NCBI GenBank assembly: GCA_965113315.1
Contig: OZ220374.1
From: Podarcis vaucheri
Taxonomy: Eukaryota
DNA length: 64,000 nt
Direction: 5' to 3' (one strand)
The notes beneath the pieces were generated by a model. That model ran no database searches and was not told the DNA's origin. It saw only the letters and a list, made by a program, of their open reading frames with translations. This document shows positions 11,838-23,330 of the stretch, piece after piece; position 1 is the first letter of the stretch, and the number at the start of each line of letters is the position of its first letter. The position numbers and the translations under genes are program-made.

Positions 11838-14800
11838 TAGAGCACAACCACTGGTGCTTACTCTCAGGTAATGGAAAATACATGTGAAGTTGCCTGCATT
11901 CTTCTCACTTTAGAAGGGAGGGAAGCAATTTTTTAAAAAACCCAGCTTGAGCCCCTAAAAGCACATAATGTAGCAAGTGCTCTTTCCAGTATCGTTTGGG
12001 GTCATTATGCACTGGAAACTGCAGAGGCAAATGGTCATCTGCCTTGGACTATAGCTACACTGGCAACAGTTCTCTGAGAGTTCAGACAAAAGTCTTTCCA
12101 GGACTACCTGGAGGTGCCAGGGACTGAACCTGGTACATTAAGATTCTCAGCCGATGAGCTGTGGCCCCTCTCTTTAAAAAGTCTTGATACAACAACAGTA
12201 CAATACTGAGCACATCGCCATGGCACTGTCCTCAGCAGAAGGACCGGAATTTTGGCTGCTGTTATCTGCCTCTCCCCTCCAAACGTATGATAACAATACA
12301 CGGGCTCAACAGTTGAAAATGCTGCGAGCTCAGCATTTTCAAGTACAAGTACAGCAAAAGTTGATTTAGTGGCACTGTGGTGTGGAAAGTAAAATCACTT
12401 TTTGAATATTAATTAGGGAGGAGCTAGCTCAACCCTCCTTTGGCATCACAGTTCAAAAAGTCAGTTTATTCTGCCATCTTGTGAAAAGGCATGATTTCAT
12501 GTTAAACACAGTTGTTCCTAGATCTGTTTCCTGCTGGAGAATGGCAACGACACATGTTGTTTCAAACACACACCAGACCATGGTTGGACTCAAAGGATCA
12601 ACCCATGGCTTGGCTATTGCTGCTCCTAATGACACAGTTTAACCAGTTCTTCCAAAATCTTCACAGTAGCAGTATGAAAACTGCATGGCCAGAGAGCTCG
12701 CTAGCTCTCTCTCAATGTGCCTGACTTTAGAGGCAGCCGTTAAGACAAACATTAGTGTTTCCTATCACTTTTCTTTTCGTCTACTGCCCCTGGGCAGCAC
12801 TATCCATTTTCAGAGCTTGTGGGACTTATAACCAACATCTAATTCCTGTTAATTTTTCATGAAACTCTGACCTATTTGCTAGTAGCTCTTCCTGCTTTCC
12901 AACCCAAGTGAGCCATACCCATCCACTGTGCTAAAAGCAGAACAGAACGCTAAGAGGATAGGGAGAAGATTATGTGGCTATTCAGTCTTAGGATTCTCTC
13001 TCTCAAAAATAGTTCATGTTTGGAATCTGAGCAAGAAGAGCCCCAAAGCCCAGGCTTCCTTTGCTCAAGCTGGTCCAAAGATGATGAACCAAACCTACTG
13101 AAGCACTGGAAAACAACAGAGCAGGAGCTAACATCTGAGGTTAGGATTCACTGACCTCTTGCAAGGTTCCATTTAAATACAGCTTTGTCCACCAAAAGTA
13201 ATCATCACATTGTGCCTCATTCTTTAATCCTACAACAGCATCAAAACTGCAGACATGCTCTTTTAAAGTGTCATTCTGGGTACCACACAGGAATATAATC
13301 TTTCCACAGTCTCAGCTGAATACATTTTTCAAATACGTAGCCTAGAGATTTAACATAATAGAAGTTCTTAAAAAATATGTTATATTGTTAAAAGCTAAAA
13401 TCTTAAGTAGCAACAGCAATTAAGACAAAGGTATGCAATAATCTGCATAACATTTACAAAATATACTGAAGTATTTAAAAAAATACCTTAAAGGTTTTAA
13501 ATATATAATACCTTTTTGGTGTCTCATCGTGTCTCTGTATAAGGTAAAAACTATCCAAACCCTGTTTTCTTGTGCACAATCAAAAAAAAATTATAAAACA
13601 TTTTAAGAACTTGTTTGCACTGTCTCAGCCTTTTCCAAGCTTCTCCTTTGTTGGCATCCTATGTATGGAACTTTGGTGTTGAAAATAAAATCTGAAGCCA
13701 AGTGCCTGCCTTCACATGGAAAAAATAAATGAAATGGCAGATGACAACCAATTCAGGCACCTAGCATGTTAGTGATGAATGGGCGTATTTACAACAGCAA
13801 GCATAATATAAACTATGGTCACTAGACTAGTCTGTCTAAGTGACAATCTGCATTTATATTCATTAAACAGAATATACATCAGCAAAAGTATTTAAGTGAA
13901 TATGAACCTAAGTTAGTAGATGAATTAATTTTGCCGAAAGAGAAGAGTTACTATGAACACTGGAAGAAAAAGAAACATGATTGTAAAACATAAATAAACC
14001 CACTTATAAATAACATTGATTTTTAGGAACTGACAATAATTTTAGGTTCACAAGCTATTTGGTGAATAACACAAGGTAACATGTAGCTCAGAAGTCCCAT
14101 CACGTCATATTTCATAACACACATAATCACTCATAATATTCTGGCGTAAAATAAAAGCGCGTCACAGAACAATATAGAAATACAGAGCAAAGTCATTGTA
14201 AAGGAGCAGGTTCTGTTATTTTAAAGCAATGGTTTTTCACAAGTGAGAACAAACATCCTACATGCTGAGCCTCACTGCAAGGTTCTGTGTTGTAAGGCTC
14301 TCTTAGGCTATTTCACCATGATCCCAAACACAATGAATCACATTACATAACTCAGACAGTAATACTTGTTTCTAATGGGTAGAAATGTTGGCTCATCAGA
14401 GCAGCCTCCTAGGGAAAGTTTAAGGTATTGCTTTTACTTTCAGTAAAAAGATATACAGGGAAGTCTACAGTACATCTGCCTAAGACAAGACAACTGCAAA
14501 ACATGTCTATAAACATTAAGCAAAAAGGTGTCAGTAACATGGCTCAGTGCTGGTTGCTTAAGTATTGAAAATTCTGATCACGTCAAGGAGAGATACATGT
14601 TTATTAGGATAAGGATTAGTGTCTTCTTCTAAATAAGAAAAAACCAGCCAGATAAAACACTTGATTTAAACAGAGTTTTACAAAAAAACAACAACATTTT
14701 TTCAAGTATTTTTCTCCTTATCACAGTGAAAATGTAAGACCAGATGTAGAAGTGAATGTTCCTTAGATGAGTAAAAGGCAAAGTAGTAAATCAAAACATT

Positions 14801-15076
14801 TATAAAAATGCTTCAACGCATTTCCTTCATGTGGTATGAATAGAAAGATTTGTAAAAAGTTAGAAAAATTAAAATAAATTACATATTAAGTACACTTTCC
14901 CTTCAATATATTGTATAAAAACTTGGAATAGCATACCATTATCTAAATATACACAGAATACAAATGCATCAGGTGCTGTTAGTGACTGGCACCTCTGTAC
15001 AATGTGTTATCGGTATAATGTTTATGATGTGCAGAAAGCCTAGTTTGGTGCTTACACCAGTCTTCAAAAAGAACTG

Positions 15077-15253
15077 TCAGTATACCCAGCTAATTGGAAC
15101 CCACTGTGGTTCCGTCCTCAGCTTCTCTGTAGCGGTTTGCAACTTTTCAAAGGCTTTGTCTAGATTGTCATTCACAATGATCAGATCAAAATAGTGGCTG
15201 TAAGCTCTCTGAATCCGTGCACTCTCATCAACTGTTTTCTTCAAATCAGTGTC
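15077..15253 (-). CDS. PALS2: PALS2 last coding exon
   Basis: DTDLKKTVDESARIQRAYSHYFDLIIVNDNLDKAFEKLQTATEKLRTEPQWVPISWVY*; typical p55-MAGUK C-terminus. Confidence 0.97.
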   Translation of the reverse strand, partial: DTDLKKTVDESARIQRAYSHYFDLIIVNDNLDKAFEKLQTATEKLRTEPQWVPISWVY

Positions 15254-15689
15254 CTGTTTGAAGATTGAAACAAATAAAAACATGATCTGAAAAGCAAACT
15301 ATAAATTCTGCTTTTGTTTTACTTCAGTTAAGGTTTTAAAACTGGCAGCCAGATTTTAAACATAATTTATTCAGAAGACATTCTTGAGGATCTCAGTGGG
15401 AACTGCTTCCTAGCAAAACGTGGTAGAGCCAGGCTTAGAAATGCAATGATATCCTAAAGAGTACAAGTTTTATTCAATGCATGGAAATACTCTATTTGTT
15501 ATATAAGGTCTAAAATCCTCGATGCCCATAATGACATATAAACACTCTAGAATAATATTAGCACATTAGTAAATTGACAATAGCTCTGCATCAGCCAACT
15601 CTGAAAATATTTTTTTCCAAGTAGCACTATTGTCTCCAGATCAGATTACAGCAATACAATGTACGTGAATTTGAAAAAGCCCTAGAAAA

Positions 15690-16240
15690 CTTTAGTAATA
15701 CAGTGAAGCAGCTGCATCCATACCAACATATCTCACCACTAACCCGAACCCTACAAATGATGCCAGTTTGTTGCCAAAGACATTTCAAAGAGCTAGTGAT
15801 TATACATAAAGCTCTAAAAAGCCTGGGACCTGACTACCTGAAGGACAGCATTTTGCTAGGACCACGTTTTGCTAGGAAGCAGTTCTACCACACAAATCTG
15901 CTCAAATTCTGGGATCATCATCTAAGGCCCTCCTCTATCTGAAGTTATATATGAGTGGTGACTTGGGAGATGCCTCACCTGAGAAATACGCTTCCCAGGG
16001 AGACTTTACTCTTTAAGTTCTTTTTATGTAATTTCATCACCAGGGAAATGCCTTTTAATTTGCCTAGCTGTTTTTAACATGTAAAGCAAGTCATCCTGCT
16101 TATGGTTTTACTCACACTGGTGAATTTATTGGTTGCTTTCATTGTTCCTCCTGATGTTTCATTATGCAGCTTCTATATACTTTCTGCTTTCATTGTTTTA
16201 ATGCATTCTACCCCAAGTAATTTTACTGAGGGATGGCAGG
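15690..16240 (+). mobile_element. Old L2 LINE 3' fragment
   Basis: Decayed ORF ...KELVIIHKALKSLGPDYLKD... resembles the L2 ORF2 C-terminus, as in the copy at 62929-63180. Confidence 0.55.
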
Positions 16241-16680
16241 AAAAAAACCAGGTGCCATGCTATGATAAGTAGATAATATAATGCATCTTTAAGATCACAA
16301 CCTTTCACAGAAACAAGGTGTATAGCCATCTTTCAGTTAAACAGCCACATTTCTTGGAAATGCCGCATTAACTTTACTTGCTGCATCATATCCACACACC
16401 CCAATCCTCATGCATTGGGAGGTAAAAAAAAAACCTATTATGAACATCACTTAGGAAAGCCATCTGCCTACCTAGACCTTCTGTAAGGCAGCAGTTATCA
16501 AGGGGAAGGAAAAGTACCACCTGCAGCAATGTATGGAAGAGTTCATGGTGTAAAAACCCAGGAAAGGTAAGAAACTTAGAGATTGAAGGTGGCCACCAAG
16601 TACACAAGGCACAGAAATGCTAGTGTTGATGCAATGAAGTTTGTTCATATATACATTTTTAAAAGTTAGATTTGCCTTAC

Positions 16681-16809
16681 TGTAAGAAGTTTGGTTGTAA
16701 TCCCCGCATCTACCACGGCTTTGTGCATGGCACGCAATGTCTCAAGTTCTGGAGCAGCAATGAACACTACGTAGGGCATAAACTCTGAAGTCCGTAATAT
16801 TTTAAGTGC
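16681..16809 (-). CDS. PALS2: PALS2 coding exon 10 (GUK)
   Basis: ALKILRTSEFMPYVVFIAAPELETLRAMHKAVVDAGITTKLLT; 129 nt. Confidence 0.96.
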
Positions 16810-17290
16810 CTAGAGAAAGAGAGCATCACACAACATTCTGAGATTAATTAGAAAGAAGCATTATTGCAAACAACTTCATACACTAAAAGCAGGAAACTTT
16901 AAGAGGATGGCAGTGTGCAAAATATATAATCTCCACCTCCCCCATTTAAAATATTTAAAATATTAAAATTCAGCCCTGGACGATTCAAATAAATTAGCAA
17001 ATAGTGAGAAGAAATTATGTAACGTCATAACTAAGTGTTACTTGCTTCTCTAATGATGACCAAAGGCTGCAGTCCTGGAGTAAAGTATCTTCAGCTGCAC
17101 TTTTAATGAGAAGGGTTCTGCTATGCTTTGGCACCTGCAAATCATGTTCTCTTCACTGCTTAGTTAATGGGATTATAGTCACTATATGTAATGCAGAAGC
17201 TCTCTTAAGGTTAAAATTGCCTTCATATGGTCAGCTATACAATCTTTCCTTTCGATGCTTCTATTTGAATATAGTATTACTCCAGCATAC

Positions 17291-17493
17291 CTGTGGATTT
17301 ACATCCAAGATGCACGTCCTTCCAGTCTGAACCACTTCAAGGATAGAATCTATTTTGGTGCCATAAAGGTTTCCTTCATATTCTCCATGTTCCAAGTATC
17401 TTCCAGCTTTAACATCTGCCTCCATTTCAACTCGGGACACAAACCTGTAGGCTTGACCATCTTTTTCATCATCCCTTGGCTTTCGTGATGTAA
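17291..17493 (-). CDS. PALS2: PALS2 coding exon 9 (GUK)
   Basis: FTSRKPRDDEKDGQAYRFVSRVEMEADVKAGRYLEHGEYEGNLYGTKIDSILEVVQTGRTCILDVNPQ; 203 nt. Confidence 0.97.
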
Positions 17494-18092
17494 CTAGATA
17501 AGTTTGACAAATGCACAACACATCAAAAGTTAGATTGACATTGCCACTTGTGTATTCATGCAATTGGATCTTACAGGGCTCAGATCCAAAACGGGTCCCA
17601 CATGAGCAGAATGGCATTTCAATCCAAGGGTGGGGTCCCAATTTTTACCAATTTGTATTCTCAAATGTTGGCACCAAAAACCTGAGAAGTTCCTGAACAG
17701 GAACATCAAATGTCACTCTTAAAATATAAACAAAATTGTCAAGGTATTTTTAAACCGGAACTGCAGACATTTTTACATAACATACAGCCCAATGTTGAAT
17801 CAGAAATAAATCCAAGCTCCATGCAGCTTATTCTCCCCAAGCGAGTGTGTTTTGGTATGCAGTTTGCTGGCACTCAATTGCTGCTAGTCAGACAAAGCTA
17901 CACCACCACCCCAAAAGCACTGTAAAAATGTTTACTTACAAAATATGAGCCAAATTTATTTCTAGTGTTTTAATCTGCAGTTACTCTAGCTTTCTTCTTG
18001 CATCACAATATATAATACCAGCCTGAATCTAACATCATCAGAGAGAAAGAAGGGAAAGATCAGAATCAAGGGTGACAGTACATACAACTTAC

Positions 18093-18254
18093 ATGGCACT
18101 GTGGTTCCAAACTTTGTGGGATTTAGTACAATAAACCTGTTTTTCAAACTTCTTCGGCCCACTCCCTGGGCTCCTATTAACACCAATGTCTTTCTTTGAA
18201 ACGGAGGCATTTTGGCTACTTCCTCATATATCTGAATTTCATGGCGGTCAAATT
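18093..18254 (-). CDS. PALS2: PALS2 coding exon 8 (start of GUK)
   Basis: EFDRHEIQIYEEVAKMPPFQRKTLVLIGAQGVGRRSLKNRFIVLNPTKFGTTVP; 162 nt. Confidence 0.97.
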
Positions 18255-19103
18255 CTGGACATATTTAACATAATAAAAACAAGACAGTGGAGCATTATAC
18301 AGTTTCAACACTGTTCAGTGCTCTTTCTATACCTTAGGATACAGACAATTTCCTCCAGAACTTTCGCAAGGATGCTAACATCCTTGCTGGGCTTTTGGCG
18401 GTATACGGATGTTCTCTACATGCACATACTGAATCATAACATCCATGCATTGTGAAAGGGGTTCACTCCTTCACACAAATTGGGAATAATAATGACCCCA
18501 TGGTTCCCAATAGAATGGAGGAACCTATGCACACGGGACTCCTTGCTCACTAGTGCTGAATACAGACACAGAGCAGAGCCAGTGGGTATACTCCCACTCC
18601 CTACATTTATTGCATATACATGGAGCTGCTTGCACACCACAACACTAAACAATATGGGGGAAACACTTTGGAGTTTATTATTTTTACTATGGGTTCTGCA
18701 TTTACTTTGTTATGTCCTGTATTTTAATACTACATAGAAGCCACTGGGAAGACAGCTATCATAAAAAGCAACATATAAATATTGTAAATTTCAAGAATAT
18801 AAAATATTCCAAATATGATTTGGAAAACATTACGTTAGATTGCAAGAATATACAAATGGAAATAGAGAAAAGCTAAATTTCACCAGGAGCCATTTTCTGG
18901 AGTGGTATGGATAAGAACAGGTGCTCAATATAGAAGTATCATAACAGGAGAAAATGAAGATAAAAGTGCTTTTTCAAATTAATATTCTCCTTGTGTTGAA
19001 AATTATAAATTAAGAAACAAAATACAAGTCAAGCACAATTCAAAATGTTCCTGCTGGGTTTGTTCTCTTGTGATGCAGTATTTAATGCTAAAAGTTCATA
19101 TAC

Positions 19104-19172
19104 CTGCATTTCTAGTTGTGAGATACATCATCTTTTTCTTCTTTTTACTACTTATTGTTCCACAAAAAGGAC
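19104..19172 (-). CDS. PALS2: PALS2 coding exon 7 (lysine-rich HOOK region)
   Basis: GPFCGTISSKKKKKMMYLTTRNA; 69 nt, phase 1-1. Confidence 0.95.
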
Positions 19173-19600
19173 CTGAAAAATAAATGGGGAAAAGTAAAAA
19201 TATACTCCATGGCAACTCAGGATAAACCTTCATCAAAGCTAGGAAAGATTGGAATGATCTTTTACAAGCAAAGGCTATGCTACCCTTGAGTAAACTGGGT
19301 TTATGCAAATACCTGTGTTTATAAAGTCAGTTTGCTTTCTACCGTATTTTTCGCACTATAGGACGCACTTTTTCCCCTCCAAAAATGAAGGGGAAATGTG
19401 TGTGCGTCCTATGGTGCGAATGCAGGCTTTTGCTGAAGCCTGGAGAGCGAGAGGGGTCCGTGCGCACCGACCCCTCTCGCTCTCCAGGCTTCAGGAAGCT
19501 ATCCCAAGTCTTGCAAGCCCGGCGGGATGTCCCGCGGGCTCGCAAGGCTTGCGGGCAGCAGCCTGCACCCAAAAGCTGGGGACAGCGGGGAGGCGCAGAG

Positions 19601-20260
19601 CCGCCACCCCGCTATTCCCCGACCTGATCTGGAGGCTGGCGGGGGGAGAAGCAAGCCTGCTTCTCCCCCCCACCATCCCCACAACCTCCAGATCAGGTCG
19701 GGGAAAAGTGGGATGGCGGCGCTCCGCCATCCCGCTATTCCCCGACCTGATCTGGAGGCTGGGGGAGGGAGAAGCAAGCCTGCTTCTCCCCCCCACCATC
19801 CCCACAACCTCCAGATCAGGTCGGGGAAAAGCGGGATGGCGGCGCTCCGCCATCCCGCTATTCCCCGACCTGATCTGGAGGCTGGGGGAGGGAGAAGCAA
19901 GCCTGCTTCTCCCCCCCACCATCCCCACAACCTCCAGATCAGGTCGGGGAAAAGCGGGATGGCGGCGCTCCGCCATCCCGCTATTCCCCGACCTGATCTG
20001 GAGGCTGGGGGAGGGAGAAGCAAGCCTGCTTCTCCCCCCCACCATCCCCACAACCTCCAGATCAGGTCGGGGAAAAGCGGGATGGCGGCGCTCCGCCATC
20101 CCGCTATTCCCCGACCTGATCTGGAGGCTGGGGGAGGGAGAAGCAAGCCTGCTTCTCCCCCCCACCATCCCCACAATCTCCAGATCAGGTCGGGGAAAAG
20201 CGGGATGGCGGCGCTCCGCCATCCCGCTATTCCCCGACCTGATTTGGAGGCTGGGGGGGG
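19601..20260. repeat. 123-bp palindromic minisatellite, ~5.3 copies
   Basis: CCCGCTATTC recurs at 19608, 19731, 19854, 19977, 20100 and 20223. Confidence 0.95.
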
Positions 20261-20289
20261 GAGCCTCCAGGCTTCAGGAGAGCCCCACC

Positions 20290-20730
20290 GCCAGCCCCAC
20301 AAGCTCGGGGGACAGCGGGAGAGGCACAGCGCGCCCTTCCCGCTGTCCCCCGACTTGTCTAGAAGGCTGGCGGGGGGAGAAGCCTGCTCCTCCCCGTCGC
20401 CAGCCCCGCAAACTCGGGGGACAGCGGGAGAGGCGCAGCGCGCCTTTGCCGCTGTCCCCCGACTTGTCTAGAAGACTGGCGGGGGGAGAAGCCTGCTCCT
20501 CCCCATCGCCAGCCCCGCAAACTCGGGGGACAGCGGGAGAGGCGCAGCGCGCCTTTGCCGCTGTCCCCCGACTTGTCTAGAAGACTGGTGGGGGGAGAAG
20601 CCTGCTCCTCCCCATCGCCAGCCCCGCAAACTCGGGGGACAGCGGGAGAGGCGCAGCGCGCCATCCCGCTGTCTCCCGACATGGTTTGGAGGCTGGCGGA
20701 AGGCTTCCTCCTCCCCCAGCCCCGCAAGTT
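20290..20730. repeat. 109-bp related hairpin minisatellite, ~4 copies
   Basis: A(A/G)CTCGGGGGACAGCGGGAGAGG recurs at 20302, 20411, 20520 and 20629. Confidence 0.9.
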
Positions 20731-21134
20731 CCCAGAGCGATGCCAAAGCTGCACGCAGCTTCGGCATGGCTCTGGGTCCCGTTCTGGGGGAGGGGGAAGC
20801 TCGGGCTTCCCCGCCCCAGCCCCGCGCCTGGCGGGGGGGGGATAAATTTTTTTTGCCTTTATTTCCCCCCCCCCCAAATCTTGGTGCGTCCTATGGACCG
20901 GTGCGTCCAATAGTCCGAAAAATACGGTACTTAATATTGCCTGTGTACCAGCAGGTGGCAGAAAGGCCTCAAATTTGCAAGGGAGTGAATATTTTAATTC
21001 TTGCTTTTTATTTTATCTCGGGTCAAATAATTTGTAATTGTCAAAATCACTGATGCACTTCCATTATTCATACCTTCTTGATCTTGCAGATTCAGAAGTG
21101 ATGCAAAGAACTACACACAATTCAGGCTCCTTAC

Positions 21135-21234
21135 CTGAATTGTCCCAATCCCGTCGAACAAATGCTTTCCTCTTTTCTTCCAAGAACTGGCTAGGAATAA
21201 GTCCTGCACTTCCTCCTTCTTTGACATGGCTAGC
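21135..21234 (-). CDS. PALS2: PALS2 coding exon 6 (end of SH3)
   Basis: ASHVKEGGSAGLIPSQFLEEKRKAFVRRDWDNS; 100 nt. Confidence 0.96.
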
Positions 21235-21283
21235 CTGGAATCAAATTAAACATGTTTTGGCACCAACCCATAGTAAAACAACA

Positions 21284-21317
<34 letters not shown>

Positions 21318-21789
21318 ATGTAACAAAGATATTATTTAATATGCTGCAGTTTAGCTACATCAACATGTTTGGATTTAAAGCAATACCACATACTGCTACT
21401 AGGTAATAACTAGAACATTTAGTTCAATGTGGGTGTCAGAATAGATGAGTCTTCTGAAACAGTGATTTGAATTTTCTCCCCCACACTCCACCCAAAAAAC
21501 CCAACTACAACTTACTCTTCATTGAACATCCCCAGAGTGTAGTTTTGCTGGTTTATTACCAGTTAAACGTTTAAGCATTTGTTTCATAGTCTTATTTCTA
21601 GTATGAAATGTTGACTCAAGTGGTTCATAAACAATCTCAAACATTTTATAGCCAGATTTAGACTGAGGTCTACATGAATCTTCCAATTTCTTCAGAAATC
21701 TCCCAAGAACTTCATTTGTTGTTATTTTGCAAACTAAAATGTCATCCCAACACAAGGAAGAGCTTTGCAGAATCAGATCAAAGATCCAT

Positions 21790-22600
21790 CTATTACAGCA
21801 TCCTGCTTTTTGCTGTGACCCAGGAGATGCATTTGAAAGCCCACAAGCAAGAAATGAAAGCCATAGCCTTCTGCTGTCAAAATCAGCTGCTGTGGCATAT
21901 TGTCTCTGATCCTGTAAATTGCATCATGCCCAGTACTCCATACTAGACTTATCCTCCATGAATTTGTCTATTCTCTAATAAACTAGAGACCATCTATCTA
22001 GAGGTCATCTCCAGAACTTGTGACAGCAAATTTCACAAATTAACTGAGCACTGTATGGAGTCCTTCCTTTTTTCTTGTCTCTCCTTTATCTCTTTTCAAT
22101 CAGCTTCATTAAATTACTTCAGAGTACAAGTATCACGGGAGAGGGAGAGAATCCTTTGACCATTTTTTCCACCTTAGACATAATGTTCCTTTGTTCATCT
22201 CCCCCCTCCCCTTACTCACCCTTTTTCTAAACTAAAAAGCCTTTTCTTGCAAGTTGTAGCCTTTTCTTGCAAGTTACAGCCAATCCCTGTTCATTTTGAC
22301 TAGCTTTTTCTACACCTTTTCCAGCTGTGGGGTATCCTTTTCTGAGGTGCAGCATCCAGAGCTGCACAAAATATTCCAAGTACAGATGGACCAACAGAGC
22401 ACATCATCAATTTGTATAAAGGCACTACAATGCTGGAGGTTTTATTTTGGACCTCTTTCCTAATCATTCGTAGCATGGAATTCACTTTTTTCACAGCTGC
22501 TGCACACCACAGCTTCTTTAGGAGCTATCCACCATAACAAAAATGTCTTTCCCGATTAGCCACCACTAGTTCAGACCCTGATGTGAAGGAATGATTTTCT
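21790..22600 (-). mobile_element. CR1 LINE 3' fragment (decayed)
   Basis: KKVNSMLRMIRKEVQNKTSSIVVPLYKLM resembles the CR1 ORF2 C-terminus. More CR1 RT-like sequence at ~23790-24260. Confidence 0.7.
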
Positions 22601-22619
22601 GCCTCGTGTGCATCGCAGG

Positions 22620-23330
22620 AGAGACAACACAAAAGCCTGCAGGATCTGATAGCATTACCCACAAGGAATCAGACAGTAATGGCCAGAGCCCCCTTCTACA
22701 GCCCCTTTGTGAACCACTGCAAAACCCTCTTAATGCCTATATCATAAAGCCTATACAGAAAGAAACCGTGGTCAAGTTTATCAAAAGCCACTGAGAGGTC
22801 TAGAATGGTTTGCTCGCCTTCTGTTTTTCTCCCAGCTAGGAAGGACAAAGCAGTCTCAATAGCCTGCCCATACTTCAAAAGCCAGACCTGAACCCTGACT
22901 GAAGAAGATCTAGAAACTCTGCCTGATCCATGTGCCTGGAGTTCTATAGCAACTTTGTGCTTGTATATTCGGCCCGGAACAGGAGTATCAGCAACAAAGC
23001 AATAATTAAGAACTTCTGGGCCCAGAGTAGGCTTATTCAGAAGTAGTCACGCCACTGTCACTTTTAAAAGTGGGCCACTTTGACTATCAAGCAGATGTTT
23101 AACACCTTCCTGGACACAGCTGATGAATCCCTTGCTGTTTGTAATGAATCAAGATGGGCAAGGGTTGAAAAGACACAAAGTGGGCTGTACTTGTCCAAGC
23201 AGCTAGTCCATATTCCTCAACCTCAAAAACTGAATCCAACTGAATCAAGACCACAGGATCAAGTAATGTTCTAATCACTTCATAGACTGACATGATTTGA
23301 ATTGTTGCATCTGATAGACAGCAGACACAA
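22620..23330 (-). mobile_element. Old L2-like RT fragment
   Basis: ILDLSVAFDKLDHGFFLYRL...VLQWF matches the non-LTR RT motif LDLSxAFD. Confidence 0.6.

Larger units (their letters stand above)
19342..20927. mobile_element. Non-autonomous Tc2/mariner-type DNA element containing GC-rich tandem hairpin arrays
   Basis: TA|CCGTATTTTTCG-ACTAT-GGACGCAC...GTGCGTCCAATAGTCCGAAAAATACGG|TA; no transposase ORF. Confidence 0.85.

Noticed and set aside
19601-20730. CRISPR-like palindromic repeat array
   Set aside because: Units are contiguous and near-identical with no unique spacers, there are no cas genes, and the context is a vertebrate intron.
19303-20910. Long overlapping ORFs (425, 314, 267, 243 aa) on both strands
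   Set aside because: They arise because a GC-rich 123-bp (41-codon) unit repeats without stops. No domain similarity is recognisable and they sit inside a non-autonomous transposon in an intron.
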